Below are positions 33,232-44,642 of a stretch of DNA of 45,958 nt, in pieces. The stretch comes from Selaginella moellendorffii (lineage: Eukaryota; Plantae; Lycopodiophyta). The notes beneath the pieces were generated by a model, which made no database searches, had not been told where the DNA came from, and was given only the letters and a program-made list of their open reading frames with translations. Position numbers and translations under genes: made by a program. How positions within the stretch are numbered: the first letter of the stretch is position 1; every line of letters begins with the position of its first letter. The stretch spans positions 1,149,951 through 1,195,908 of the forward strand of contig NW_003314278.1 of NCBI RefSeq assembly GCF_000143415.4, written 5' to 3'.

Positions 33232-35879
33232 CGGTTCATCACCAGCTACAGGTGGGGTATGTGGAGATTTGTAGCGGGCCGTGGTGGCCTTACCTACAGC
33301 TGGGTCAGCGAGCGACTCGAGTTTTGCAGAGACCCAGGTTGGTGTTTTCCTGTTGGCGATCCACAGGCTCTCTCCGGTAGAAACATGTTTGAAATCCGGG
33401 TAGGACTCTGAGAAGAACTTGTTTTTCTTCTTGAACCTGTTGTCGAAAGTGGGATCCCTAAAAAGCTCGTGTTTTCTGTTTTTTCTTTTTCTTGCACTTT
33501 TTTAAGAAGGGTGACCCTTGTGCTTTTTTTCTGTAGTGTTATGCTCAGTGGCAGGTTGCACTTTGCATTTCATTAAGACTCTATGAGAGTAGTGAACTCT
33601 CACTGATCTTGATTTAGTCTTAGTAGCCCTGCACCTTGGCTGAGGATGGTGATGTCCAACTTAGTTATTTGAGTTTGAGATGTTAATACATATACTATAA
33701 CTTTGTCTATAAGGAGGTTGTGTACCAATATGAGTCTATCTCATGGTCCTCACTTTAGTTGCTATTGAGTGTTGATCATGTATAGCTAACCTTTTCAAGG
33801 CATGCTCAAAGCTATTGGCTAAATGTATTGGTGGGCTTATTACAATTGAATTGGATTTGAGTGGTCATCACGAATCCATTTATAGCAAGATGTAATTCAT
33901 TTCATAACAAACACAAGAAGAATCATTAATGATTGATATATTCCAACTCAAACTTATAAGGATTCAAACATTCCAATATCGATCACTAACTTTTCCACTT
34001 ATAGACTTAATATAGTCCATAATAGAATCACTTTTCAAGGAAAAGCCAAAGCTCAACCCACTAAATAATCTTATTTAAAAACACAACCAACTACTCAGTT
34101 CATTTGAATGTCAACATAGTTGCTAACTAGTAAATGTGCAAATGCTAATAACACAAAGCTACAACTAAATCATCAACACTATCTCTATTGAGAGTAATGA
34201 AACTCAATATCAATCCTAAGGATAGGCATATCGTCTCACTTGAATTTCAACATCAATAATATCAATGATAAGGTATCACTTCAATGCCATCAACACCATA
34301 ACAAAGCTAGAAGAAAGCAAGAGTGAATCACCATTCAAAACTCTTTAGCAATCAAGCTAACTAAAGTCAAAATACTATACTTAGTATATGAGACTAATTC
34401 TTCAACATTACTCAGGTACAGATAACACATCATCAAGGAGTGATTCACCACATCCAAGACTCAATGAAATCCAACACCACAGACTAAATGCAACCAAATG
34501 ACATTGACAAAGGTAGAATCGATATGCTAATATAGAAAAACCATGTAAGTTTAATAACACGATCCTCTACAACACCATCTAGTAAAGCAAACCCATCACT
34601 GCTAAATCATCATCGAGCAAAGCAAGTGTTAAACAGTCTTTGATGAAGTCTACAAACAATCACTAGTCGCAAAGCAACTAACAATCACTCTTTAACTTAC
34701 CTTCACAAGACCCAAACACTAAACTTGTGCCATCAAGCCATATACTTGTCCAATATGAACGTGATACCCCAGGTACGAAATAAAGGTTCATGGACAAGCA
34801 CAAACTAGAGGATCGTTTGGTGATCACTTGTTGAGTATAATTTCATTGTGTTTGGTTTTTAAAATGCTCTTCATTAGTTTTGGCATTATGAAGTTTAGCT
34901 TATGGATGTGTTAAGGAGAATATAATGGGTTGTACCATGATTTCTTCTTTAGCATTGAAGTTAATTCATGTGAAACTCGTGATTATTATTAAGTAAAACT
35001 TGGCTATACTCTTCTTCAAGCTTTTGGTTCTTTGAGTTTTCATACTTGTGGTCTATTTGTTAAAAGTTGTTAGGGAAGGCATTTTGGCTTGTTAGCTTCG
35101 CTGTTGAAGTTAGTATTTGCATCTGGCAATCATTGATGATGATTGACTATCATTTAAGATAGTTGATTATCCTTATCAAAGGTTTTGCTTGATTGTTATT
35201 GATTAGAATGATTTGCTATTTTTCGGGATGGTGGATTCTTCCTTCATTAATGATTATGCATCTCTTTATTGATATGATGATTAATGATCTTTCATAATGA
35301 TTAATTGTTCTTTTTGATGGCTTTTGGCTTTTTGCAGTACTACATGATCTTTGTGGTTTGCTTTGGATTGGTCTCTTGGGTTTAAGACATCCGTAGAATG
35401 TTGTTGACACTTGCTTAGGCAACTTGAGTTCCTTAGTATTGTTGGCTAGGATCTATTCAGATTGGCTAGTGCGATGGTTGGCATGAATGTTATGTTTGTT
35501 AGTCTTGCAACATTCATTATATTATATTGATCATTGCTTGAGTTAGTTCTGATAGATTGGGATGTTATTTCCTTTGGGTGATACATTCGCGAGCATTGTG
35601 GTTATTAGTCAATAATACTTTGTATTCTTTGAGTTATCTTTAGTAAATTGTTTGGCTTACTGTCTGTCATCTTTGGTAATTAAGTTTCATCATTGAGTTT
35701 TCTTGATGATATACTTGCTATTGAATTTTGTTGGCTGGTCAATCCTATGTTTCCAAAAATGATGATCTTTGTGGTTCTTACACTATCATACTAGTTTATC
35801 AGATGATAACTTACTTGGAATACTTTTGTGTTCTAATCTAAGATATATTCACTAAGACTCTAAAATATCAATGTCTATA

Positions 35880-36650
35880 ACTTTGATATTGTTCATCTAT
35901 TAATATTTGAGTTTGGGCCAGTATAGGTAAACTAGCTTCAACACTTCGTATGCATGGTGAAATCTTTAATCATGGGGTAGCTACTGTCAACTAGTCACAT
36001 AACCCACCTCTTTGTCGATGTTCCTCATTCCGTTAAAAGGGCGTGACCGTGTAAACAACTCTAATTGCCTGTTTACAGTAATCTATCTAAACCTTACCGA
36101 CAAGTTTGGTTTCTTTGCTCAGAAGGGTTGGGGCCTCTGGCTTCTTTCTTTATATCCCTACGGGTAGGGGCGTATCACAGTTTTGTAAGCTGAGTGACAC
36201 CTAGAGCAACAAGGGTGGCTAACTCCATTGGTCATTTCTTTGTCAGCAACAGTCAGAAGGTGTTTGAGCTGGTAGCGCATCTACGTTAAACAAAGAGGTT
36301 GCCTCATAACTTATTTAAGTTAGTGCATTTCTCACATACTGTGAATACTGTGAACTTTTTCTGGAGTTTTTTCCTTGGCGGTATTCTAGACACAAATATG
36401 CATCGACAAGGATGTCGATCTTCCCTAGGGGGGGAGAATGTTACGAATGTGACTTTATGTATCGAAAGCTACTTGTCGGCTAGTCCTTATGGACACTCTT
36501 TGCTTACTGCCACGATGGCAGAAGGTCAGTATTGCTAGTTCCCTTTATTGGCCCCTCTTGTTCAAGTGTTAGTAAACTAGGCTTAGCATTTGTACTTGGC
36601 CGGATGAGCATAAGGATGGAATTCCTAAATGTCTATTTAGCCAAGCATAC
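35880..36650 (+). mobile_element. Element D: decayed Gypsy 3' end (PPT 36427-36438, LTR from 36439), interrupted by element B
   Basis: AGGGGGGGAGAA followed by TGTTACG; only weak integrase C-terminal-like remnants upstream. Confidence 0.6.
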
Positions 36651-38572
36651 TGTGAGACACAAAATCCCTAGGCCCCAAAGTGGAGCTGGAAGGGCGCCAC
36701 ATGGTAGTGGCCGAAGCGAGAGCCAAACGATGCAACGTGTATGTACATTTCTCCAAGTCCCTTAGGGACTGATACAAAAAAGCAAGAATCCCTTAGCGCT
36801 GTTCACTCAACTACGCTGTCCTGCAATTCTCCACCTAGTAGTGATCGCTGCCCTCCAATCGTGGCTGCTGTGGTCGTCGCCTCCGCAGTGCATCCAGCGC
36901 CAGGAAGCGAGAGCCAAACGAGCGTAACACGTTTGGACCAAAAGCTCCGACTTGAAAAGTCAAGAGCGGGAGTGGAACTCCCAACGAAGTGCTCGAGGAA
37001 CGAGCACGAAGCGAGCAAAAGGCGAGGCTCCAAAAAGGGACCCAAAAGGGCCAACACATGACACGTGGGAGTCCGAGATGGACCCGAGTTGGAGTCTGAA
37101 GTGGAGTCCGAGATGGACCCGAGTTGGAGTCCGAAGTGGAGTCCGAGATGGACCCGAGTTGGAGTCCGAAGTGGAGTCCGAGATGGACCCGAGATGGAGT
37201 CCGAGATGGAGTCCGAGATGGAGTTCGAGGTGGACCCGAGATGGACCCGAAATGGAGTCCGAGATGGAGTCCGAGATGGACCCGAGATGGAGTCCGAGGT
37301 GGACCCGAGATGGACCCGAAATGGAGTCCGAGATGGAGTCCGAGATGGACCCGAGATGGAGTCCGAGATGGAGTCCGAGATGGACCCGAGATGGAGTCCG
37401 AAGTCGAGACCGAGACCAGGACCGAGACCGAGACCGAGACCAAGACCGAGATCGGGACCGAGACCGAGACCGAGGCCGAGGCCTAGACCGAGCCCGAGCC
37501 CGAGTCCGAGTCCGAGTCCAAGTCCGAGTCCGAGTCCGAGTCCGAGTCCGAGTCCGAGTCCGAGTCCGGAGCCTGAGAGGGTGAAAGCCCAAAGCGTTCG
37601 TCTCCCAGACCCTGGGGGGTTTGGTGAGCTCCAAAAGTATAGTAGGGGGAGGACTGCAGTGGAGCCAGTTTGGCCAGGAAAGGCCAGTTTGGCCCAGGAA
37701 GGCCGGACCCAGTGTTGGGTGATGAGCTGCCCACTGGGAAGTCCAAGACTAGAGTGAACACGGACCGACAAGTGGGGTAGCTTGGTGAAGTGTTCAAGAG
37801 CCGGCTCTAGTTCCCCCGGGAGATCGACTGGCCGATGCTCCCAGTCCAAGTGTGGGTGGCACTACCTACTTGGACACCTGTCGTGGCTCAACGGAACCTC
37901 GCTCTAAGCCCATGGCTAGAGCACCTAAAGGCGAAAGGCGAGGAGAGTACCCAGGTGGCTCGCGTAAGGCCACGGTGTTCCGAAATGTTGTCCCGAAGGC
38001 CCAGACTGTGGAAAGGAAGAGGAACAGTCCTCTGGGGTAGTGACCAAGGACACAGTCGTGTGGTGGGGAAGTCCTAGAGGACCGTGGGACTTAGTGGTCG
38101 GGCCTGTGGGTCTTGATCCAGTGGCAGTGTTGGCAAACTCAGCCAGGGGCAGAAAGGGACTTAGTGGGGACTGACAGAGGGATATTGGGGAAGGCTATTC
38201 CCCTTGTCGGTGGGCATCCTAAGGATGCTAAGGAGTGGATCTGAGATGACCACTCACGGATGGTTTGCCTAGTCTTGGAGAGCCAAGACTGTGATGCAAG
38301 TGGTATTGGACTACCAGTGTGGCAAAGGTGATTGGGCATGGCCTTAGCGTAACGGGCTGCTATGTCGGTGGTACCTTTGAGTGTCGGTCATGGGATCGGA
38401 CACGTGGAGCACTTGGACCAAGTGCAAATGTTGAGTGGCATGGATGCCATTCTCGGGGCTAGCAAGTCCCAAGTCTTGGATTGGACTTATGGAGGTGGTG
38501 AATGAGACTCCTCCAAGTGGTCAGAGGTGTGGTTAAGTGACTAAAGTAGAATGGAAAATTTAGTCGCTTACA
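36651..38572 (+). repeat. LTR 1 of element B
   Basis: TGTGAG...GCTTACA; nearly identical to 42715-44642. Confidence 0.95.
37068..37570 (+). repeat. CpG-rich minisatellite in the LTR (GGAGTCCGAGAT / GGACCCGAGAT grading into GAGACC, GAGCCC, GAGTCC)
   Basis: Directly visible; repeated at ~43132-43640. Confidence 0.95.
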
Positions 38573-38575
38573 ACT

Positions 38576-38587
38576 TGGTATCGGAGC
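38576..38587 (+). promoter_or_regulatory. PBS (initiator tRNA-Met type)
   Basis: TGGTATCGGAGC, identical to element A. Confidence 0.9.
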
Positions 38588-41027
38588 TGTTCCTTAGTCC
38601 GACTTTTATTGGTGCTCAAGTATATCACCACTAGTGTTGGCATCGGAAGGTCCGAGGAGTGGGCCTATCCTTGAGGAGTAGCAAGTCGGGAAGACATGGC
38701 TCCCCATTACAGTTCATGTATGAACTTGTAGACGAGGTGGTGGATAGAAAAGGGCCAATAATGGAACGACTTTGGGATCTTGGGAACAGTGCAAGGTTTT
38801 CCTCATTGAGTTGAGGATGTGATCCGGATGAGCATTTGTCTCAGCAAATTGGCTAAGGTTGTCATGGTAAACAACTAAAGTTGGGATCACGGGAAAGATA
38901 GAGACTCCAAAACAATAAAGGAGTCACAAGATTATCCTCATATAGTTGAGGTTGGTGCTCATGAATGTGAGGCCAGAGGTAATGACCGTGGGAGGTCAAA
39001 TACGGAAAAGGACTCAAGTCCTTGAAATGGTAGCCGGGGCTACCTTTAATAAATGCTGGAACAACCCAAGGAGTTGGGGGGTGTACTTAGAGATGAGTGG
39101 TATTCTCATCGCATGGACAAGTAGTCCTAAGGGGCAAAAGTTGCCTCCAGAGAACAAAATCAAGTGTCGGAGTAACACTTGTGAAAATAGTCCTTTTGAG
39201 TAGGACAGGAATGCAAGAAGTGTATTCCAGTGAGCTAGTGCCTCACAAGTAGGACCTTACGGGTCTGTGGATTAACCAAGTCCAAAACTGCTGGATGACT
39301 CAAGTAGAGTCAACGGATGGTCCTAAAAGGACTGATGGAAGCATTTGGACTGTGGTGTGTTGTACCCCACAAAGGATGGGGGGGGGATCATAGGATCCAA
39401 GGATGAGAACAGAGGGTATCTCATCGATGGCAAAATGTGCCATGCTAAAGTTATGGGAAAGGTGTTCCCAGAAGAAAACAACTTTGACATAAAGTTGTGT
39501 GTGACCTCTATGGTGCAGTGCCAACGGATGGTTGGCATGAGAAAGAGCGGTGTTGGTCTTGGCAAAGACTTAGACACGAAGGGGAAATGTCATAGAGGTA
39601 GGCTCGTGGAGCCGATGGTGTGGAGACACCAAATGTGCCAAGGTGTGATACCTTGAGGCTATGTTGGTGGGTTCATGAGAACCCCTTGCCAAAGGAATCC
39701 CAATGGAAATGGGAATGGCATAGCCTAAGCTGTAGAGCATGCAGTTGGAGTGTGGTGACCCAGATAATGATGGAGGTGTGAAAGCACCAAAACAATGAGT
39801 TGTAGGACTTGACAACTATGAGGCAACTAAGCAAGAGGTGCAAAATAACTGGTTGAACGGGTAGAAGGTAGCTACCCAAGACTTCTTAATAGCATAGGGA
39901 AGTCGGATACACCCTTACGGGAGATAAGTGCTTGTGTTGCGATATAGTAAGTCAATGTCATAAAAGGAAATACTCATTGTCAAGAAAGCCATCATTGGGA
40001 CACCCGAACACTCTAGAACACCAAAAGGTGGTGTTTGATGTCGCGAGGGCAATGGATAAAGCCCAAGGGACTAAGTCCCTAGCGAATGATGGATAGAAGG
40101 TGCTATCCAAATGTCCAAGGTTGCGGAGATAGGAGAGGACTGTCTACCCAAGTTGGACAAAGCTAAAAATGGAATTTTGGCAAGGCTAGTGATGGGCATG
40201 TAAAGGCCCATAAGCAACAATGTAATCCCAGTGTGTGGGATTATAAGGTGAGCATACCCGGATTGAGGAACCACTCCCTGGGCTATTGGGTAGGTTCATC
40301 CCTAAGAATACTTGCTAAGGCATGATAGAAAGTGCAAAGCTATCCTCCTGATCTGGAGGAGAATGACCGAAGGAAAGGTGTGAAGCCAAAGGCAAGTAGT
40401 ATTGGGATGTAACTGAACCATAGAAATCGAAGGGCATAACCAAGGTTGGTTATGCCAGCTGGGAGTGGGGAATCAAGTGGGGGCTCGAGGGTGTTGCCGC
40501 TAGCAACCGTGACGCCATGGAGAGTCTAAGTTATGGAATTGTCCATGTTAGACTATGTGGCATTTGGAAGGCTTGCAAAAGGGAGGCCTTAGCAAGCTGA
40601 GGGACAGAGTTCCTTCAAGGTTCCCAAAGACGATTCTAGGTAGCTTAGTACCTAGAAAGGCCAAGTGTAAATGGTTCATGGAATGCGCGAAATCAGAGTG
40701 GCGCAGCAGAAGCGTGGTCTTGAAGCTTGCCATGAGGCAAGGCTATCAAGGTTAGGGAAGTAGTTCCCGAGTGTTCAAAGAGAGGGCTTTGAACGAAAGT
40801 CGATGGTCAAGGACTTTCACGCTTATGCAGGAACCATGTTACAGTGGTCGGAGAACTTGCCAAGCGAGATTGGCACGTCGGGGGAACAAATACCCTAGTT
40901 GAAGGTGATAACTTCAAAAAGGGTGGGCCATGGGGCCGAGCATGGAGGAGTCCATGCATGATCACAGACATGTCAAGTGAGAGGACTTGGCAGTGTGGAG
41001 GAACTAGGTTCCTAAGCTGTGATCTGT

Positions 41028-41467
41028 AGCGCGCTTTAAAAATAAGTTGGTGCACCGGCGTGGGGAGTCACGCCAGGCATCTTGTGTGATGCCGTCCGTA
41101 GATGCATATACGGAGGTTGGGTTCGAGTCCCGACCCTCTAGTGCTTGGGTTCGAGTCCCAAATCACTAGGGCGTGGTGATGGTTTGGAATATGAGGACAC
41201 TCATATTTCGGTGGTCATGGACTCTCAGTGGGGAGACTGGTTTGGGCACACCGCCAAGCGAGGGATGCCTCGGAGTCGTGATGCACGGTTAGATTGCTTA
41301 GTGTGAAAGCTTAGCATATCTAACTTGAACGCTTTGGTGCAAGTGGCACCAAGGTCGTGGTGAGTGAGATGGGGACACCTAATCTCAGTTGCTATGAACC
41401 CTTGGCCGTAAGGGCTGGCTTAGGTGCACCGCCAAGTGTGGGGGATGCCCCCGGGGTTATAGTCAAC
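41028..41467 (+). ncRNA. Conserved structured cis-RNA module in element B (3' half duplicated)
   Basis: Homologous to 4741-5034 with compensatory substitutions. Confidence 0.75.
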
Positions 41468-42480
41468 AACTTGGAGGTCTAGAAGACCAAGTACCTCTTG
41501 GCAACTCTGTTAAGGTGCCAAGGTGAGATCACTAGGTGATCTTATGGCCAGATAAGGACAAGGTCCTTGGTTGGCTAAGGAACGAAGTTCCTGGTTCAAA
41601 ATGTTGAAATTGAACTGTTTAAGGTGGTGTGGCTTGGTCGTGATGACCAAGTGGGAAGAGCACCTAAGGGAAATAAACTATGTCCGTGCGATGGCATAGT
41701 GAGTCCGAGGAAAGTAGTCTCTATAAAAGACCCATGGGAGGGTCACGAAGTTGGGCCGTGGATAGAGCCCATAGCAGAAGATGCTAAAGAGACGTACTAG
41801 GGGTGAACATCCTCCGGACTTGGCAAAGAAGAGTCTTTGCTATGGAACCGAAACAATACCTCAAGAAGGGAGGTAGAGATTCGATGTTGCTTGGTGCAAC
41901 AATCAATGGATAGGAGCAAAAGATGAGTGGCCAAGATAGGGCCGTGGAATCCCTTGGAAGGAATCCAAGTGACAAAGTTAGGCGAGGAACACTAATGTGT
42001 TGGACGCTAACAAGTTGCGGGAAAGGAAGTGTGTTTCCAAGGAGGGATTCCGAAATGCTCCGATTTGGCGAAAGTGGAAGCTCCAAGGGAGGGAGCGGTA
42101 AGGTAGCCAAATGATAGGGCCATGAACAGCCCTAGCACAAAGTATGATAACTGGAACTTTGGCACGAAATAGAAGAGAGGATGATGGTGCCCTCGAGTAG
42201 AGAACTTCCTAGGATGGGAAGTGGAGTTGCACAAAAAGGTGCAAGGCAAGGTGTCGGAGACACCTAGGAAATTGACTCCAAGAAGTCAAAATTCAAAGTT
42301 CCAAAGTGCAAAGGTTATATCGATGGAAATCGAGACTACTCGAGAAGGAGTAGTGGGATTGAATTAGAGAAGGGTCTCTAAGAGATTTAGCGAGGACTAA
42401 ACCAATAAAAGGAGAGAACCTCTACATGTGGTCCAATCAATCTCTAAGTTGGAGAGACTACCCTCCTTAGAGGATAGGCA

Positions 42481-42610
42481 AGGCATGGTGAGCCTTTGGT
42501 GTCAAACCATGGAGGCCTATGCAAAAGGCATGGTGAGCCTTCAATGTTAAACCATTGACGAATATGGAGAAGGCATGGTGAGCCTTCAATGTCAAACCAT
42601 TGACAAATAT
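42481..42610 (+). repeat. Three ~45-bp tandem repeats upstream of the PPT
   Basis: AGGCATGGTGAGCCTT at 42481, 42526 and 42571. Confidence 0.9.
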
Positions 42611-42702
42611 TGGCTAGGTGCCAAGGATGGAAATGGTAACACATGCGAGTGTTACTTTACAAAATGGTTTACCGTTCGATGAGGACATCGAACTTCGTCT
42701 AT

Positions 42703-42714
42703 GGGTGGTGGAGT
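42703..42714 (+). promoter_or_regulatory. PPT equivalent of element B
   Basis: GGGTGGTGGAGT before TGTGAG. Confidence 0.85.
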
Positions 42715-44642
42715 TGTGAGACACAAAATCCCTAGGCCCCAAAGTGGAGCTGGAAGGGCGCCACATGGTAGTGGCCGAAGCGAGAGCCAAACGATGCAAC
42801 GTGTATGTACATTTCTCCAAGTCCCTTAGGGACTGATACAAAAAAGCAAGAATCCCTTAGCGCTGTTCACTCAACTACGCTGTCCTGCAATTCTCCACCT
42901 AGTAGTGATCGCTGCCCTCCAATCGTGGCTGCTGTGGTCGTCGCCTCCGCAGTGCATCCAGCGCCAGGAAGCGAGAGCCAAACGAGCGTAACACGTTTGG
43001 ACCAAAAGCTCCGACTTGAAAAGTCAAGAGCGGGAGTGGAACTCCCAACGAAGTGCTCGAGGAACGAGCACGAAGCGAGCAAAAGGCGAGGCTCCAAAAA
43101 GGGACCCAAAAGGGCCAACACATGACACGTGGGAGTCCGAGATGGACCCGAGTTGGAGTCTGAAGTGGAGTCCGAGATGGACCCGAGTTGGAGTCCGAAG
43201 TGGAGTCCGAGATGGACCCGAGTTGGAGTCCGAAGTGGAGTCCGAGATGGACCCGAGATGGAGTCCGAGATGGAGTCCGAGATGGAGTCCGAGGTGGACC
43301 CGAGATGGACCCGAAATGGAGTCCGAGATGGAGTCCGAGATGGACCCGAGATGGAGTCCGAGATGGAGTCCGAGGTGGACCCGAGATGGACCCGAAATGG
43401 AGTCCGAGATGGAGTCCGAGATGGACCCGAGATGGAGTCCGAGATGGAGTCCGAGATGGACCCGAGATGGAGTCCGAAGTCGAGACCGAGACCAGGACCG
43501 AGACCGAGACCGAGACCAAGACCGAGATCGGGACCGAGACCGAGACCGAGGCCGAGGCCGAGACCGAGCCCGAGCCCGAGTCCGAGTCCGAGTCCAAGTC
43601 CGAGTCCGAGTCCGAGTCCGAGTCCGAGTCCGAGTCCGGAGCCTGAGAGGGTGAAAGCCCAAAGCGTTTGTCTCCCAGACCCTGGGGGGTTTGGTGAGCT
43701 CCAAAAGTATAGTAGGGGGAGGACTGCAGTGGAGCCAGTTTGGCCAGGAAAGGCCAGTTTGGCCCAGGAAGGCCGGACCCAGTGTTGGGTGATGAGCTGC
43801 CCACTGGGAAGTCCAAGACTAGAGTGAACACGGACCGACAAGTGGGGTAGCTTGGTGAAGTGTTCAAGAGCCGGCTCTAGTTCCCCCGGGAGATCGACTG
43901 GCCGATGCTCCCAGTCCAAGTGTGGGTGGCACTACCTACTTGGACACCTGTCGTGGCTCAACGGAACCTCGCTCTAAGCCCATGGCTAGAGCACCTAAAG
44001 GCGAAAGGCGAGGAGAGTACCCAGGTGGCTCGCGTAAGGCCACGGTGTTCCGAAATGTTGTCCCGAAGGCCCAGACTGTGGAAAGGAAGAGGAACAGTCC
44101 TCTGGGGTAGTGACCAAGGACACAGTCGTGTGGTGGGGAAGTCCTAGAGGACCGTGGGACTTAGTGGTCGGGCCTGTGGGTCTTGATCCAGTGGCAGTGT
44201 TGGCAAACACGGCCAGGGGCAGAAAGGGACTTAGTGGGGACTGACAGAGGGATATTGGGGAAGGCTATTCCCCTTGTCGGTGGGCATCCTAAGGATGCTA
44301 AGGAGTGGATCTGAGATGACCACTCACGGATGGTTTGCCTAGTCTTGGAGAGCCAAGACTGTGATGCAAGTGGTATTGGACTACCAGTGTGGCAAAGGTG
44401 ATTGGGCATGGCCTTAGCGTAACGGGCTGCTATGTCGGTGGTACCTTTGAGTGTCGGTCATGGGATCGGACACGTGGAGCACTTGGACCAAGTGCAAATG
44501 TTGAGTGGCATGGATGCCATTCTCGGGGCTAGCAAGTCCCAAGTCTTGGATTGGACTTATGGAGGTTGTGAATGAGACTCCTCCAAGTGGTCAGAGGTGT
44601 GGTTAAGTGACTAAAGTAGAATGGAAAATTTAGTCGCTTACA
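42715..44642 (+). repeat. LTR 2 of element B (internal, shared LTR)
   Basis: Preceded by a PPT and followed by a PBS (44646-44657). Confidence 0.95.

Noticed and set aside
37068-37570. CRISPR-like array
   Set aside because: Eukaryotic context; contiguous tandem units with no unique spacers and no cas genes
37567-37606. Hammerhead-like string CTGAGAG-GGTGAAAGCCC-AAAGCGTTCGTC in the B LTR (retrozyme idea)
   Set aside because: The core does not fit CUGANGA...GAAA (N7 and G12 missing), A-family copies lack CTGA, and LTR 2 alters the putative stem III
36803-37849. Long ORFs in several frames (GL, RT, ES, SP repeats), also 42867-43919 and 5131-5468
   Set aside because: Artefacts of stop-free 6/12-mer satellites in the LTRs
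40225-40700. Faint RT-like words in B's internal region (DYKV, RIEE, LSKLR, KCKWF)
   Set aside because: Too short and not in a consistent frame; a frameshift-aware HMM search would be needed
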